A DNA stretch of 64,000 nt from Macrostomum lignano. Lineage: Eukaryota. Made by a program: the position numbers and the translations under genes. Shown here in pieces: positions 39,667 to 51,806 of the stretch. Every line of letters begins with the position of its first letter. Within the stretch, counting starts at the first letter, position 1. The DNA lies in NCBI GenBank assembly GCA_002269645.1, contig NIVC01002232.1, positions 124,001 through 188,000 of the forward strand. Direction: 5' to 3'. Under the pieces are notes generated by a model. It did no database searches and was not told the DNA's origin. It was given only the letters and a program-made list of their open reading frames with translations.

Positions 39667-41799
39667 CAGCTGTGTTAGGCTGCAGTTTTTATTATTGAAG
39701 TATGACTGAGATAAAAATTTAAAAAAAATTATTTCTATGATAAAAATTTTCTATATACATTTCTATGGGAAGGCTTCTATATGTTAGAATTTTCTTAATA
39801 AAAGGATATTAGCTTGTGAGTATAGGCCTAGTACTTATTGCCCATAGTTTGGATCATATATTAGTATACGCTAGGTTTAATGCCAGAAAAATGATGAGAC
39901 CTCATTTGTATGCCAGGTTTGTATGCCAATAAAAAAATTGTCATTTGACACAGTAGGCCTACATTTTCTATGTCATATATATAGGGATATACCCTGATAT
40001 ATACTGAAAAATTGTAAGAAAAAGAGCCTTGTTGTATGCCAGGAAATCTTGATGTATATGTTGCCTTAAAAACTATGGCTTATAGCAATGACTGAAATTC
40101 AAGGATGGAATCTTTGTATAAAAATTTTGAAACAAAAAGTTATATACATTTTTGCACAAGTTAAATGCACAACAGCATAAGTTTTTTACACTATTTTGAG
40201 ACTAACTTTTTATAGGTTTTCTATATAAAGTTTTAATGAATACTGTGGTAGTCTGGCCTACCACTAAGTCTTTTTGACTGTTTATTTTTTTGCATTAATT
40301 TTCTATGAAACCATTTCCCTCCCTCTTCAATGACAAAATTTTGTTGTCATTGCCTGTCCCATCGTTTGTCTCCCCCTGTCCTGTCCCTGTTCCCGTGGCT
40401 GTTCCCCTTGTTGCCCCATCCTGTGTTTTTCTGTTTTTCACCTGTTTTTCTACAAGAATCCTTGGGTTGACCCCTCCTATGGGAACCTTTTCCCCTGGTT
40501 GACCCACTGGTTGCCCCGCTCGCTGCCCCACTGGTGGCACCAGTGGCCAGCACTGCTTGTTGTTATTATTTATATGGCCGTCCTGGCCACCTTTATGGCA
40601 TACTTCTTCTTCTTCCTCCTTTTCCCTTTTCCTTGTTTCTTTTTTGCTCTTTGTTCATGTTTTGTGCTCTCTCTCTAGCATTTTTGCTTAAACCTTAATA
40701 GCAACTGCCGTTAATTAAATTTACTAATTGTTCCGCACCTCGGCACAGCCAGATTACCCTCTTTTGTAGCTAAAATATCTGTTGGAAAAATAACAAATAA
40801 TTTGGTGACCTGCTCTCTACTTAATTTCACTAATCTATTGAAGTCCTTAATAGTTTATCTTGAGTTATTTGCCTGTGGGGCGTTAAACTACCAAATCAGT
40901 CTTATCTCCGAACGAGCTCTGAGATCTCTAAATGTTCCATAATACATAAATTACAGTGGTGGCAGCGCTACACTACTAAAAGTAATCAATTTAGAAAACT
41001 CAGAAAATGAAATTGTGGTGTCTAGATCATTGAGTCTATTGTCTGAATGACCGTGCCTGCTCAAGACCACTTAACTATGATTACGACTACCCTCCCCCCG
41101 GAATTGAGGACCTGGCAGATGGAGTATCCAACAGCCAGATAGAGCAGCCACCCCAATAGCCGGATAGAGCTCCAGCGCCAAAACCGCTCAAGATCCAACA
41201 TATACATGCGCAACTTCTGAAATTACGCTGGCCGTGCGACTTAGTTTTCGATAAAAAATGCGACTTACCTATGAAAGAGCCAAGCAAAAACTTTAGGTAA
41301 ACGGCAGGAGTAACTATAACCATATTTTTAAAGCTAAATGCCTCGCCAGCTAATTAGTGCTGCGTGCAGATTTCGCGTTTTTATAACAGCTAATCAGTAT
41401 GTCATCTAGTGGCGGCATGAAGCAATTAGTAAATTGTCAGTACAGTGTAGTGAGCATACTACAAAAGTCATGATTCATGAATGTCCAGAAGTAAGTGAAG
41501 TGAATACAGTGTGACCTATAGCTCAAGAACGATTTGCTAGACGATTTGGCATGGAAGATGAGAGCCCTGATTCAGATGGCTCATCAGATGCAGAATACGA
41601 ATCCAGTAGAGATACAAGCTGTGAAAACCCACAGATTTTTAAACCACTGAATTCTAATTCCCGGAACTATTTTTGCATAGATTCTAAATTTGAAGTCATG
41701 CTCAAACAAAAACTTGTTAACAGTTAGGAAAAAGGCAAAGATGGGAGTAATGCATGTTAAACTAAGATTTGAGGCCTTTGCAAATTCTCTCCATTCCTC

Positions 41800-43626
41800 A
41801 ATCTTCTCATCCTCTTTTTCTTTTCTCTCTCATCCCTTATCCCTTCTCTCTTTCCTCTCCTCTCTCCTCTCTTTCCTCTCCTCTCCTATCTCTTCTGTCT
41901 CCTCTCTACATTCTTATCTCTCTTCTCGTCTCTCTCCATTCCACTCTACTCTCTCATCTTATCTTCCCTCTCGTCTCTCTCCACTCTACTCTCTCATCTT
42001 ATCTCTCCTCTCTTCTCTACTCTCTCATCTCTCCTCTCTTCACTCTCCTCTCATCTCCTCTTTATCCTCTCTTCTCTCATCTACTCTCTCCTCTTTCCTC
42101 TTTCCTCTCTTCTGATCTCATCCATCATCTTTTCTTTCCTCTTTCCTCTAATCTCCTCTTCTCTCTCATCTCTTTTTCCTCCCTCAGCTTTCCTCTCCTC
42201 TTCTATCTTTTCTCCCATCGCAACCCCGTTGGAAAAGTTATGCACCTGCAGAGGCACAAAAGGTGAGCGAGGTGCACAAAAGAGGCACTTTGGTGGCCTA
42301 TTACGTGTGTGTTTTGGAAATGCACCTGAGTGCACCTTTTATGCCTAAATGTCACCAATATTTTTGAAAAGAGGCATGAAAGGTGTAAAATCGGTGAAGT
42401 GGTCAGGCAGTAGGTGAATTCTCAATTTTGATTGGCTGCGGCGGTAGGGGCAGTAACGGTGCTGAAGGGGCGCAGAAAGTGCACAAAAGGTGAATTAGAG
42501 GTGCATAAGGTGTACATGTTGCAGCGTAAATATGTATACAGGTGCATTTCCAAAACACGCTCGAAATAGACCCCAAAGTGCCTCTTCTGTGCACCTCGCT
42601 CACCTTTCATGCCTATGCACGAATTAACGCATTAATAATCAGTAACAAAAAATTAACTGAGAGTTACATACTCGTACATTGCACGCACAGATCGAACATA
42701 GAAAAGCTTTATTTACACCTATACTAATTGCTGCTATCCCCTTCCTGATCCTGACTAACCACAAAAGTAAGCATTTCCTGTACTGATAAGTTTTAATAAC
42801 TTTCAAATACTCAGGAAAAGTTCCGAAAAGTGATGAAAAGCTTTGAATCTGTTTAAAGAATAATAAGAAAAAGTAGCAAAGAACTTTCGCAAGTTGGAAC
42901 GCCCCTTGCATTGCCTCTACACCTAAAGTGCCCACTGTGCACCGTTTGTTCACCTTTCGTGCCTCCAGTGCACACTGTACACTTTTTATGCACCTCCACC
43001 ACAGCGCACCTTTTTCACCTTTCACTCCACCAATGCCCCCAATTCCTACTTTGTTCACCTTTTGTGCCTCCAATGCACACTGTGCACCTTTAATACACCA
43101 AACTCCCCTATGACACCTGTGCCCCTACCACCTATTTCGTGCCTTATATTCACCTTCTGACCCTGCAGAGGCACTCAGGTGAACACGCGGTGCACAAGTG
43201 GCACAAAATAGGCATAAGAGAGGCGAAAGTGAGGCAGACGGTGTAAAACTCTTCACCTTTCATGCCTACTTTAAAAACTAAAAATTCAACGGGAACGCTC
43301 GCCTCTCCTCTGTTTGCTTATCTCTAATCTTCTATTCCCTCTACTTTGAAGTAAGAAAATATGCACATATTTTTGCTGAAGATAAGAGGAGAGAAGAGGG
43401 CATTGAGGAGAAAGGGTAGAGAAAGGGGGAGAAGAGAGGAGAGTAAAAATGAGAGGAGAGAGAAGAGGGAAAAGGGGGGAGAGAGAGAAGAGGGGAGGCA
43501 AGGTAGAGAAGAAGAGAGAGATGAGAGTTAAAGAGACACCAACCTTGCTAGTTAGGAAGTTTCAAAGAACCCGAGGGGCGAGGGCCAGATAGAGGGGCTT
43601 CGCGAGCCGGAGTTTGCCGACCCCTG
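41800..43626. repeat. CT-rich tract, gcacct/aggtgc-rich core and GA-rich tract ending in a hAT-like terminus; probable non-autonomous element remnant
   Basis: Opposite purine/pyrimidine skew at the two ends. The terminus ccggagtttgccgacccctg (43607-43626) resembles ccggagtttgcctactcctg at 19726-19745. Confidence 0.45.
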
Positions 43627-43804
43627 CTCCAGAGTTTAAGAAATCAATGGGAAACTGTTGACGCGGGCTTCTGATTTCAAAGATCTTGTCTGTGGTTGAA
43701 GGCTTCTATTCTGTTTTTGCTCTCCTGCCACACTTGCACCTACTACCCCCTGATTGCCTCTGATTGTGACTTACTTCCCTCTTATTGCGACTTAGTTGCT
43801 TCTT

Positions 43805-44930
43805 TTTGCGACTTACCTAATCCTTTTTGCGACTTACCTAATCCTTTTGCGACTTACCTAATCCTTTTTGCGACTTACCTAACCCTTTTGCGACTTACCT
43901 AATCCTTTTTGCGACTTACTTAATCCTTTTTGCGACTTACCTAATCCTTTTGCGACTTACCTAACCCTTTTGCGACTTACCTAATCCTTTTGCGACTTAC
44001 CTAATCCTTTTTGCGACTTACCTAATCCTTTTTGCGACTTACCTAACCCTTTTGCGACTTACCTAATCCTTTTTGCGACTTACCTAATCCTTTTGCGACT
44101 TACCTAATCCTTTTGCGACTTACCTAATCCTTTTGCGACTTACCTAACCCTTTTGCGACTTACCTAATCCTTTTTGCGACTTACCTAATCCTTTTTGCGA
44201 CTTACCTAATCCTTTTGCGACTTACCTAATCCTTTTGCGACTTACCTAATCCTTTTTGCGACTTACCTAATCCTTTTTGCGACTTACCTAACCCTTTTGC
44301 GACTTACCTAATCCTTTTTGCGACTTACCTAATCCTTTTGCGACTTACCTAATCCTTTTGCGACTTACCTAATCCTTTTGCGACTTACCTAATCCTTTTT
44401 GCGACTTACCTAATCCTTTTTGCGACTTACCTAACCCTTTTGCGACTTACCTAATCCTTTTTGCGACTTACTTAATCCTTTTTGCGACTTACCTAATCCT
44501 TTTTGCGACTTACCTAATCCTTTTGCGACTTACCTAATCCTTTTTGCGACTTACCTAATCCTTTTTGCGACTTACCTAATCCTTTTGCGACTTACCTAAT
44601 CCTTTTTGCGACTTACCTAATCCTTTTTGCAACTTACTTAATCCTTTTTGCAACTTACCTAACCCTTTTGCGACTTACCTAATCCTTTTTGCGACTTACC
44701 TAATCCTTTTTGCGACTTACCTAACCCTTTTGCGACTTACCTGATCCTTTTTGCGACTTACCTAATCCTTTTTGCGACTTACCTGATCCTTTTTGCGACT
44801 TACCTGATCCTTTTTTCGACTTACCTGATCCTTTTTGCGACTTACCTGATCCTTTTTGCGACTTAGTTTGCTTCTTTTGCGACTTACCTAATCCTTTTTG
44901 CGACTTACCTGATTATTTTTACAACTTAGC
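43805..44930. repeat. 22/23-bp minisatellite gcgacttacctaatcctttt(t), about 50 copies
   Basis: Directly visible. Confidence 0.95.
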
Positions 44931-45069
44931 TTGCTTCTTTTGCGAATTGTTTTTCTTTTGCTTCACCATTTTCCCTGAACTGCTCTTTCTTTCGCTTTCC
45001 TCTTGCCTTTCTTGGTTCTTGTGTTTTTCGGTTTTTGGTTGACTCAATTTTGCGACTTACCCCTGGTCA

Positions 45070-47454
45070 GCCACGATTTACGGTGGCCGGATCGGCCAGG
45101 TCGGCCAGCAGTTGCGCATGTATGATCCAACAGTACACCGCGAACCAGGACTTTGACGTCTGGATTTAAGCTCTCAAGGAGCGTTGCAAACTCAATGGGA
45201 TCGTGGACAACAGACATAAGAAGGCGGAAGTTCTAGTAAATTTGGACATTGCCACAACCTATCCCGCAGTTGTCAGGATAGAACTGCCAGACAACCTGAC
45301 ATTTGGCGAATTCAAGCAGAGGTTGTCCAAACGCTTCACACATGTCACTGACACACTGGAGTACTGTGAGCAGTTCAGGTGCTACTAGCAAGGCAAGAAT
45401 GAAAGCATGGGCAACTACAGTGATCGACTAATTGCTCTGGCTGTTAGAGCCTTTCTGCACTTCACCCGGGTTCAGAAGCAGGCTGAGCTAGTGGATCAGT
45501 TCACTGTGGGAGTGTGAATTGCCCAGTTGGCCCAAGAACAGCTAATCCTGGTGAGACCACAGAATCTAACTGCAGCGAGAAGGGCTGTGCTACGCCTAGA
45601 GACAGCAGCTAGTCTGGCTCAGCAAGTAGCACTGCCGCCAGCAGCAAGACATGTCCAGATTCTTGAGTGTGACGATAGTCAGTCACCAACTGGAGTGCAA
45701 CACAACAAGTCATCTTGGCCTGAGGAGAATTGGTTGTGTGAAGTGATGGAATAACAAACTGAGACTGCAAGAGTAGCGACGTCTTTTGGAAGCTTTGAGC
45801 AACGAGCTGCGAGAGTTCCACTCGCTGGGATCACACAATAACGACACCCAGGAGCATTAGGAACCTGCTTGCCACTAGTCACAGGACTCTTGGGGCCAAC
45901 GCAACTGATGTTTGGTGCCCTCGACTCCTCGCTACAATGCCAACGAGAGCGCCCAATTCAAGACACCCGGCACATGGATTGTGCAACACAAGCAGTTCCA
46001 TCGACTTCAGCAACCACGAGACAGCAGCAACCTGCCACCAAGGACACTGCCAGCAGGAGTCAATGTCGTCAGCAGCAGCAGCCATAGCTGCAGTGGTAGC
46101 AACAGTTGCATACGCGCCCGCCGCCCTATCAGCTGTGGGGACAGAGGGCAATGTGTTACAGGTGCAATTGCGAGCACCGGGCCAATGAGTGCCTGCATCG
46201 GCGGTTGGGCAGCACCACGTCCCAGTGCAACGGCAGCTTGGGAAATGGGATGGCTGGACGCGCCATCGGGGGCAGCACTATCCAGCAGCCAAGCCAGCAC
46301 TAAAGTCCCTGCCGAGGACTTTAGTTGCTTAGTAGGCCACTGCTGAGACCGTCTCCGCCGCACCTGTATAGTACTCTGCACCCAAGCGACCTTGAAGGGA
46401 TCTGTTTTGTAACTAGTGAGATTCAAGGTCGTTATTTTGCTTTTCTGCTTGACACTGGCTCCAAGTGCGAAGTCCTAGGATTCAGCACCTGGCACCGACT
46501 ATGTACCAATGACCCAACCCTGTGTGGCCAAATCGAGCCTTGCCTGCAACACATTGTGACCTACAATAAAGAACCTATTCAAATGGCAGGCCAACTAACA
46601 ATCAAAGTTAAAATTGGAAGTTTCGAGCCTACAGTCAATGTCCTGCTAGCAAAGGGATCTTATGACAACATCCTGGGCTTTGAGTTCCTGGAAAAGTAGA
46701 GCACCTCCCTAGATCTCGCTGCCGGGATGTTGTTTTTTTCAAGGATGGCACTGCCGCACCACTTTGCTACATGCAAACCAAAGCTACCACGTGCAGAATT
46801 TATATGGCTAAGAGCACAATTGTGCCACCGTTATCTTCAGCCCAAATCAAGATTAAACTAGCTAAAGGACGTGAGGAAAATCAAGGGACACCCGCTGTGA
46901 TTGAGCTGTTAAAACTGGCTCAGCGTGAAGAAGATGTGCAGCAACTGGATGCCGCGCCTGCCTTAATATCTATGGCCAATGGAGAAGGTGCCATTGAGAT
47001 GATCAATTGAGGCACTACTTCTATCAAAGTGTGAGCGAATGCCTTAGTCGTGGTAGCGAGACCAATCAGGCTGCCCGAGTTACAATTCTTTCCGCTACCA
47101 AAGCCAGAAGCCTCAGTCAATCAAGTTCAAGACGAAGATCCTGACACTTGGATGAAGGAGATCAACATCGACGAGGACTTGTCCAATGACCAGCATGCTC
47201 AAGTCATTGAGCTATTGAAGAAGTATAAGACCATCTTCTCGCAGGGGCCAAATGATCTCAGCTGAACCTAGCTGGTCACCCACAACATTGTATTGAAGGA
47301 CAAGGATCCTGTACATCTGCCAACCTGATGGATTCCGCTGCATCTGCTGCCCAAGGTGGACCAGCTGCTTGACGATCTACTTGCCAAAGGTGTGAATTGA
47401 CCGAGCTTCTCCAGCTACAACACCCCACTAGTGATCATCCCGAAGAAGGACGGC
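45070..47454 (+). mobile_element. Decayed Ty3/Gypsy LTR retrotransposon internal region (gag, protease, start of RT), truncated by the Polinton
   Basis: Gag-like helical region with many stops, aspartic protease FLLDTGS (46325-46699), linker EINIDEDLSNDQHAQVIELLKKYKTIFS, and RT start THNI...DPVHL...P...KVDQLLDDLLAKG...SSYNTPLVIIPKKDG, which ends abruptly at 47454. Confidence 0.85.
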
Positions 47455-48958
47455 AGTAGTAGTATGTTATAAGGGGCTGCGCCACACTTAATTGCTCGGG
47501 CGCATTGCGCGCCAGCTCGCTGGATGACTCAGCCCCTTATAACATACTACTACTACCAGGAGGTCATGGATTCAAGTGGGGGTGTGATAAATATAAAAAT
47601 ACATATATCTGTGACTGAGGGTGTTGAGGGTGAGGGCATGTGGGGGCATTGGCCTGTGGAATATTTCACAGAACACAGAATTTCCGGAATTTTTATACTT
47701 TTAAAAAGGGGGGGTGCCCTCGCCCTCATGCCCTCACTCATTTTGAAAATCACTAAAAACAGGTGAAAAATGACTAAAAACAGGTGAAAATGGTCTGAAA
47801 ACAGCGATTTTTTGTAATTTTCAAAAATTTTGAAAAAGTGCAATTTTCACGATTCCAGCTCTAAAACCATGAGAAAAGTTGGATCCTCGGGTCAATTTAA
47901 TGCAATTTCAGGTATATACAATATGAAAGTGTCATCCAATTCAACGATAGTAAATTATATATATATAAAATGGCCTTCAGTAAACCAATATTTCTAGGAA
48001 ATGCTTTAGATATTCAGTCAGCTATAACAAAACTACCACCCATCTTTTCCACTGGAAAGTATCCTGGCGAATTTCATATTCCAGGGTATTCTTTCGCAAG
48101 CCAACAGCTCTGACTCACAATGCTGATGATGTATCAGAACCCCGTAACGTGGCACATTTTTGTCTATTTTTAGAACTAGAAAAAAATGAATGAAGCAAAC
48201 ACAAAAGAATCTCAGACACACAGAGTGGGTGGCTCCACTGGAGCACAAAGGCAGCCTTTATTTCAAAGAGTTGTTTTCAAGGTATATACTAAGGTAAGTA
48301 GCGCGGAGTGAATGTTTGAATGATAATTGTCACTTTAAGTAGTAGCATGTCAATTTTTCTGGACGTCCAGAAAAAATTCTGGATATTTGTCTGCCATGTG
48401 TTTATTCATCAATAGAAGCGCTCCCCATTTCGCTAGTGGCTGCTTCAATCGTGTCGTTCTCTTCTTCATCAAGCATGCTGTCATCCTCTCCTTCAAAGTG
48501 CAGTACGATGTCGAGTTCGAGGCGGCATGCGAAATTCTCATCTTCTGATGCTCTTTGTTCAATTGCTCAAAGCAATATCCAGAAATTACCAGACTCGGGT
48601 ACTTTGTTGTTAGCTTGTAGAATGTAAATAGTCGCTGGGCAAACTTCACATCTATATCTAGCTATCTTTTATCTTTTAACAAACACACACAAATAACTAG
48701 CATAACGTTTGAGAGTTGGTGAGTGTGCCAGTCCTGCATCAGCCTGTAAATTGTTGTGAAAGACAGCTAGCATGAGGGGTGCGCCTAGTGTCTTTTATGA
48801 GTTGAATAAGGGGGTTTGATGAAGATGAAAAAACACTGAACTCCTGTGAGAGTCTCGGAGAGTGGCAGCGGAGTGTGGTGTGAGTCAGTCTCAATCTCTC
48901 AATCAGCGAAACCAGAATTCAAAAACCAGATTGTAACTGCTAAATTTTCCTAGAAAAA

Positions 48959-49300
48959 ATGGAAGCTAACCCAAATGTACGAAATGCACTGCCACAAAAG
49001 TATTATGATTCTATTATATATTTTTCTCAAATAAAAACACCCACTCGAAAGGCTCGACTAATTGAAGAAATTGATAAAGCCTACGATGAATATAAAGCAG
49101 AAATATTAAAACACAGCGATTGTAAATGCCCCCCATATTTGTATTCATTCAGAGTATATCTTGCACATGTTGATAAATGGGCATTGATTTCGAGACAGCA
49201 CATAAGGAATGATGAATTTTTCGTCATGCTTAAGTTGAACATTTTCAAACTCCCCATAACCCTTGAGAAGTACATTGAAACTGATGAATTATATTGTTAA
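48959..49300 (+). CDS. Polinton hypothetical protein (113 aa)
   Basis: Intact ORF preceded by AAAAAATG, directly upstream of the primase-helicase. Confidence 0.6.
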   Translation: MEANPNVRNALPQKYYDSIIYFSQIKTPTRKARLIEEIDKAYDEYKAEILKHSDCKCPPYLYSFRVYLAHVDKWALISRQHIRNDEFFVMLKLNIFKLPITLEKYIETDELYC

Positions 49301-49316
49301 ATTTATTTTAAATAAA

Positions 49317-51785
49317 ATGGAAAGAAAAAATCAAAACGATTCAAGTTTCTCTCCTGTGATCGTACAGGATCCGCTTCAAAACCATGATGCCCCACCACCG
49401 CCAAGATTGACAAATTTAAAACAAACAAAATCGTACGATAAACTAATTAATCTCTATGAAGAACTTAATTTTAGATTCGGAAGTTGCAGTGTAACATGGA
49501 ATAGTAAAACAAAGAAAAAAATACCATCAGGAATGCCAACCAAAGCAGATAGGAATTCAACCTCACCACCATTTCGACCAGATGTAGACAACATGATTTG
49601 GATAGATACTAGAAACTCAAATATAACCGTAATCGATATTGATAATGCTGACCTATGCCCTGAGTTGAATGAACTGTGTATGACTCATTGTGATTGGATT
49701 GTTCAGACAAACAAGGGACACCACTTTTACTTTAACAAGGTAGATGAATTGAAAGTAACGATTCAACAAAGTGTGGGTTTTGATATTCCCGCCTTAATAT
49801 TTGCTCCACCAGGTTTCTATTATGTCGATGGTGAAATTAGGGAATACAAACGTACAAAGTCCAAATGTTTAATAGACATGCCAGATGTAGTTCTTGAGGA
49901 GATAAATAGATTAATTGAGCCACAGGATAAAAAAGAAAACCAAGAACCCGATAAACAGGCACTAAAAAGCACCGTTCCACCACCCACTTGTGAAGGAGCT
50001 TCAAAGTTGTTAAGTATAATACAACACAAAAACCAAGACTATGATTCTTGGTACAAGGTAGCACTTATACTCCGCGACATAGACAGTGGTGATGAAATGT
50101 ACAAAGTATTCACTGATTGGTCAAAAGTAAATTATGATAAGTTCGATTCCGAATCATGTAAAAATGTGTGGAATAGCACCAGTACCAGCTCTGCTGATGC
50201 ACAGGACAGACTTACTATCGGTACACTAAAGAAATGGGCAAGTGAAGAAAACTATAACAAATATAAGGAATGGAAAAGCAAATATGATTATTATGGTAGG
50301 ATTGAGTTTCTTGATGATAATTTCACTGACGTTAATATAACCAACTTTGTTTATGAATATAAGAAGAATAATATAATTTACAATAGCGATGGTATTTACT
50401 ATTTTGATGATGATAAGTGGAGAGAACTAAGTAGTATAAATGACATATTTCTTAAAATATCACACCTTGTCAGCAGTGAGTTAAACCACCGAAAGACTAG
50501 ACTCGAAATTGCAATTAAGAAGGCGGCTGATGATAAAGAGAAGTTAAAAGCACTTGAAAAGAAACTACAGAGTACAATGAAGAATATAAATTCAATACAA
50601 GGAGCCAACAAACTAAAACAGGTAACTACTTTGTTCAAAGAGAGGTTTACTAACAATGAAATTGAATTCGACATGAAATGGAATTTGCTAGGGTTTAACG
50701 ATGGAGTATACGACCTCCTTACAGGTGAGTTTCGCGAGTATAGATATGACGATTACGTTACTAAATCGGTGGGATATAAATACTCGGATGTACTTAGAGT
50801 GAGTGATTACGACTATGGCTTCATTGTTAATCTGCATAACCAAATTCATCCCGATCAAGAAAACAGAAAGAGTTGGGAATCCGTTATAGCCACAGCTCTA
50901 ATGGGTAAGAATGTTGAAAACTTTATAATGTTTGATGGCGCTGGTGGAAATGGCAAGGGAGTTGAGGACAACCTACTTCTTAGAACTCTAGGGTCTGATT
51001 ATGCAGCACCACTGAGTCCTGATGTTTTGAATTCACCAATAAGAATAGACAGGCCACAACCAGCCCTAGCACAAATTAATAAAAAGAGGTTGGTTATCAG
51101 TCAAGAAGTAAGTGGTGTCTTGAACAATGCATCAATAAAATTACTAACTGGTGGTGGGGTTATCCAAGCTAGAAATTTATATTCAAGCCAGTGTAATGTC
51201 GTTTTACACGCAACCCTAATAGTCGAATGCAACAACAAGCCTGACTTTAGACAAAATATTGGAGATGCAGAAAAAAGACGAATTATAAATATTAATTACC
51301 CATGTAAATATACAACAGATACCGACATCATTGATCATGCGAAACACATTTATAAAGCCGATTCATATCTTAAAACCGAGGAATTTAAGAATAAATATAA
51401 GTTTGCTGAGATGAAAAACCTACTAGAAATTTTCAAGCAAACAAAGGGTGAAATATATCGATCGAAAAGCGTAATTGAAAACACTAATGAATTCATACAA
51501 AATTGTAATTGGTTTTCTCACTTCTTTGAAGAGAATTATGAATTTTTAGAAACTGAGGAAAAAACATTTATGCTTATTAGAGAAATTTACACTGCCGCAA
51601 CAGAGAGTGAATACTATAGGACTCTAGCCCAACGTGAGAAACGTGAATTCCAACAACAATACATAACAGATTTCTTCAAGAATCACAAAGACTATTGTAA
51701 GTATTATAAGGATAGATATAGGCGTAGGATAGATGGTAAACAGCAAGAAACTAGAAATATTCTGTTTTACTGTGTAAAAAAATAA
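49317..51785 (+). CDS. Primase-helicase: Prim-Pol (AEP) + PriCT-2 + D5_N + SF3 helicase
   Basis: AEP motifs VIDID and TNKGHHFYF; PriCT-2-like YDSWYKV...FTDWS...VWNS...TIGTL; D5_N NLLGFNDGVYDL; Walker A GAGGNGKG and motif C ECNNKP. True start taken as the TAAAATG at 49317. Confidence 0.9.
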   Translation: MERKNQNDSSFSPVIVQDPLQNHDAPPPPRLTNLKQTKSYDKLINLYEELNFRFGSCSVTWNSKTKKKIPSGMPTKADRNSTSPPFRPDVDNMIWIDTRNSNITVIDIDNADLCPELNELCMTHCDWIVQTNKGHHFYFNKVDELKVTIQQSVGFDIPALIFAPPGFYYVDGEIREYKRTKSKCLIDMPDVVLEEINRLIEPQDKKENQEPDKQALKSTVPPPTCEGASKLLSIIQHKNQDYDSWYKVALILRDIDSGDEMYKVFTDWSKVNYDKFDSESCKNVWNSTSTSSADAQDRLTIGTLKKWASEENYNKYKEWKSKYDYYGRIEFLDDNFTDVNITNFVYEYKKNNIIYNSDGIYYFDDDKWRELSSINDIFLKISHLVSSELNHRKTRLEIAIKKAADDKEKLKALEKKLQSTMKNINSIQGANKLKQVTTLFKERFTNNEIEFDMKWNLLGFNDGVYDLLTGEFREYRYDDYVTKSVGYKYSDVLRVSDYDYGFIVNLHNQIHPDQENRKSWESVIATALMGKNVENFIMFDGAGGNGKGVEDNLLLRTLGSDYAAPLSPDVLNSPIRIDRPQPALAQINKKRLVISQEVSGVLNNASIKLLTGGGVIQARNLYSSQCNVVLHATLIVECNNKPDFRQNIGDAEKRRIININYPCKYTTDTDIIDHAKHIYKADSYLKTEEFKNKYKFAEMKNLLEIFKQTKGEIYRSKSVIENTNEFIQNCNWFSHFFEENYEFLETEEKTFMLIREIYTAATESEYYRTLAQREKREFQQQYITDFFKNHKDYCKYYKDRYRRRIDGKQQETRNILFYCVKK

Positions 51786-51806
51786 ACGAAGATGTTATCA
51801 ATGAGA

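Noticed and set aside
40690-41330. Stop-interrupted minus-strand frame vaguely resembling a LINE ORF1 or SGNH esterase remnant
   Set aside because: No diagnostic motif could be identified by eye.
47455-47554. The 100-bp inverted-repeat unit as an independent MITE
   Set aside because: Flanks differ (gacggc vs accagg) and the Gypsy sequence does not resume after it, so it is better read as part of the Polinton left end.
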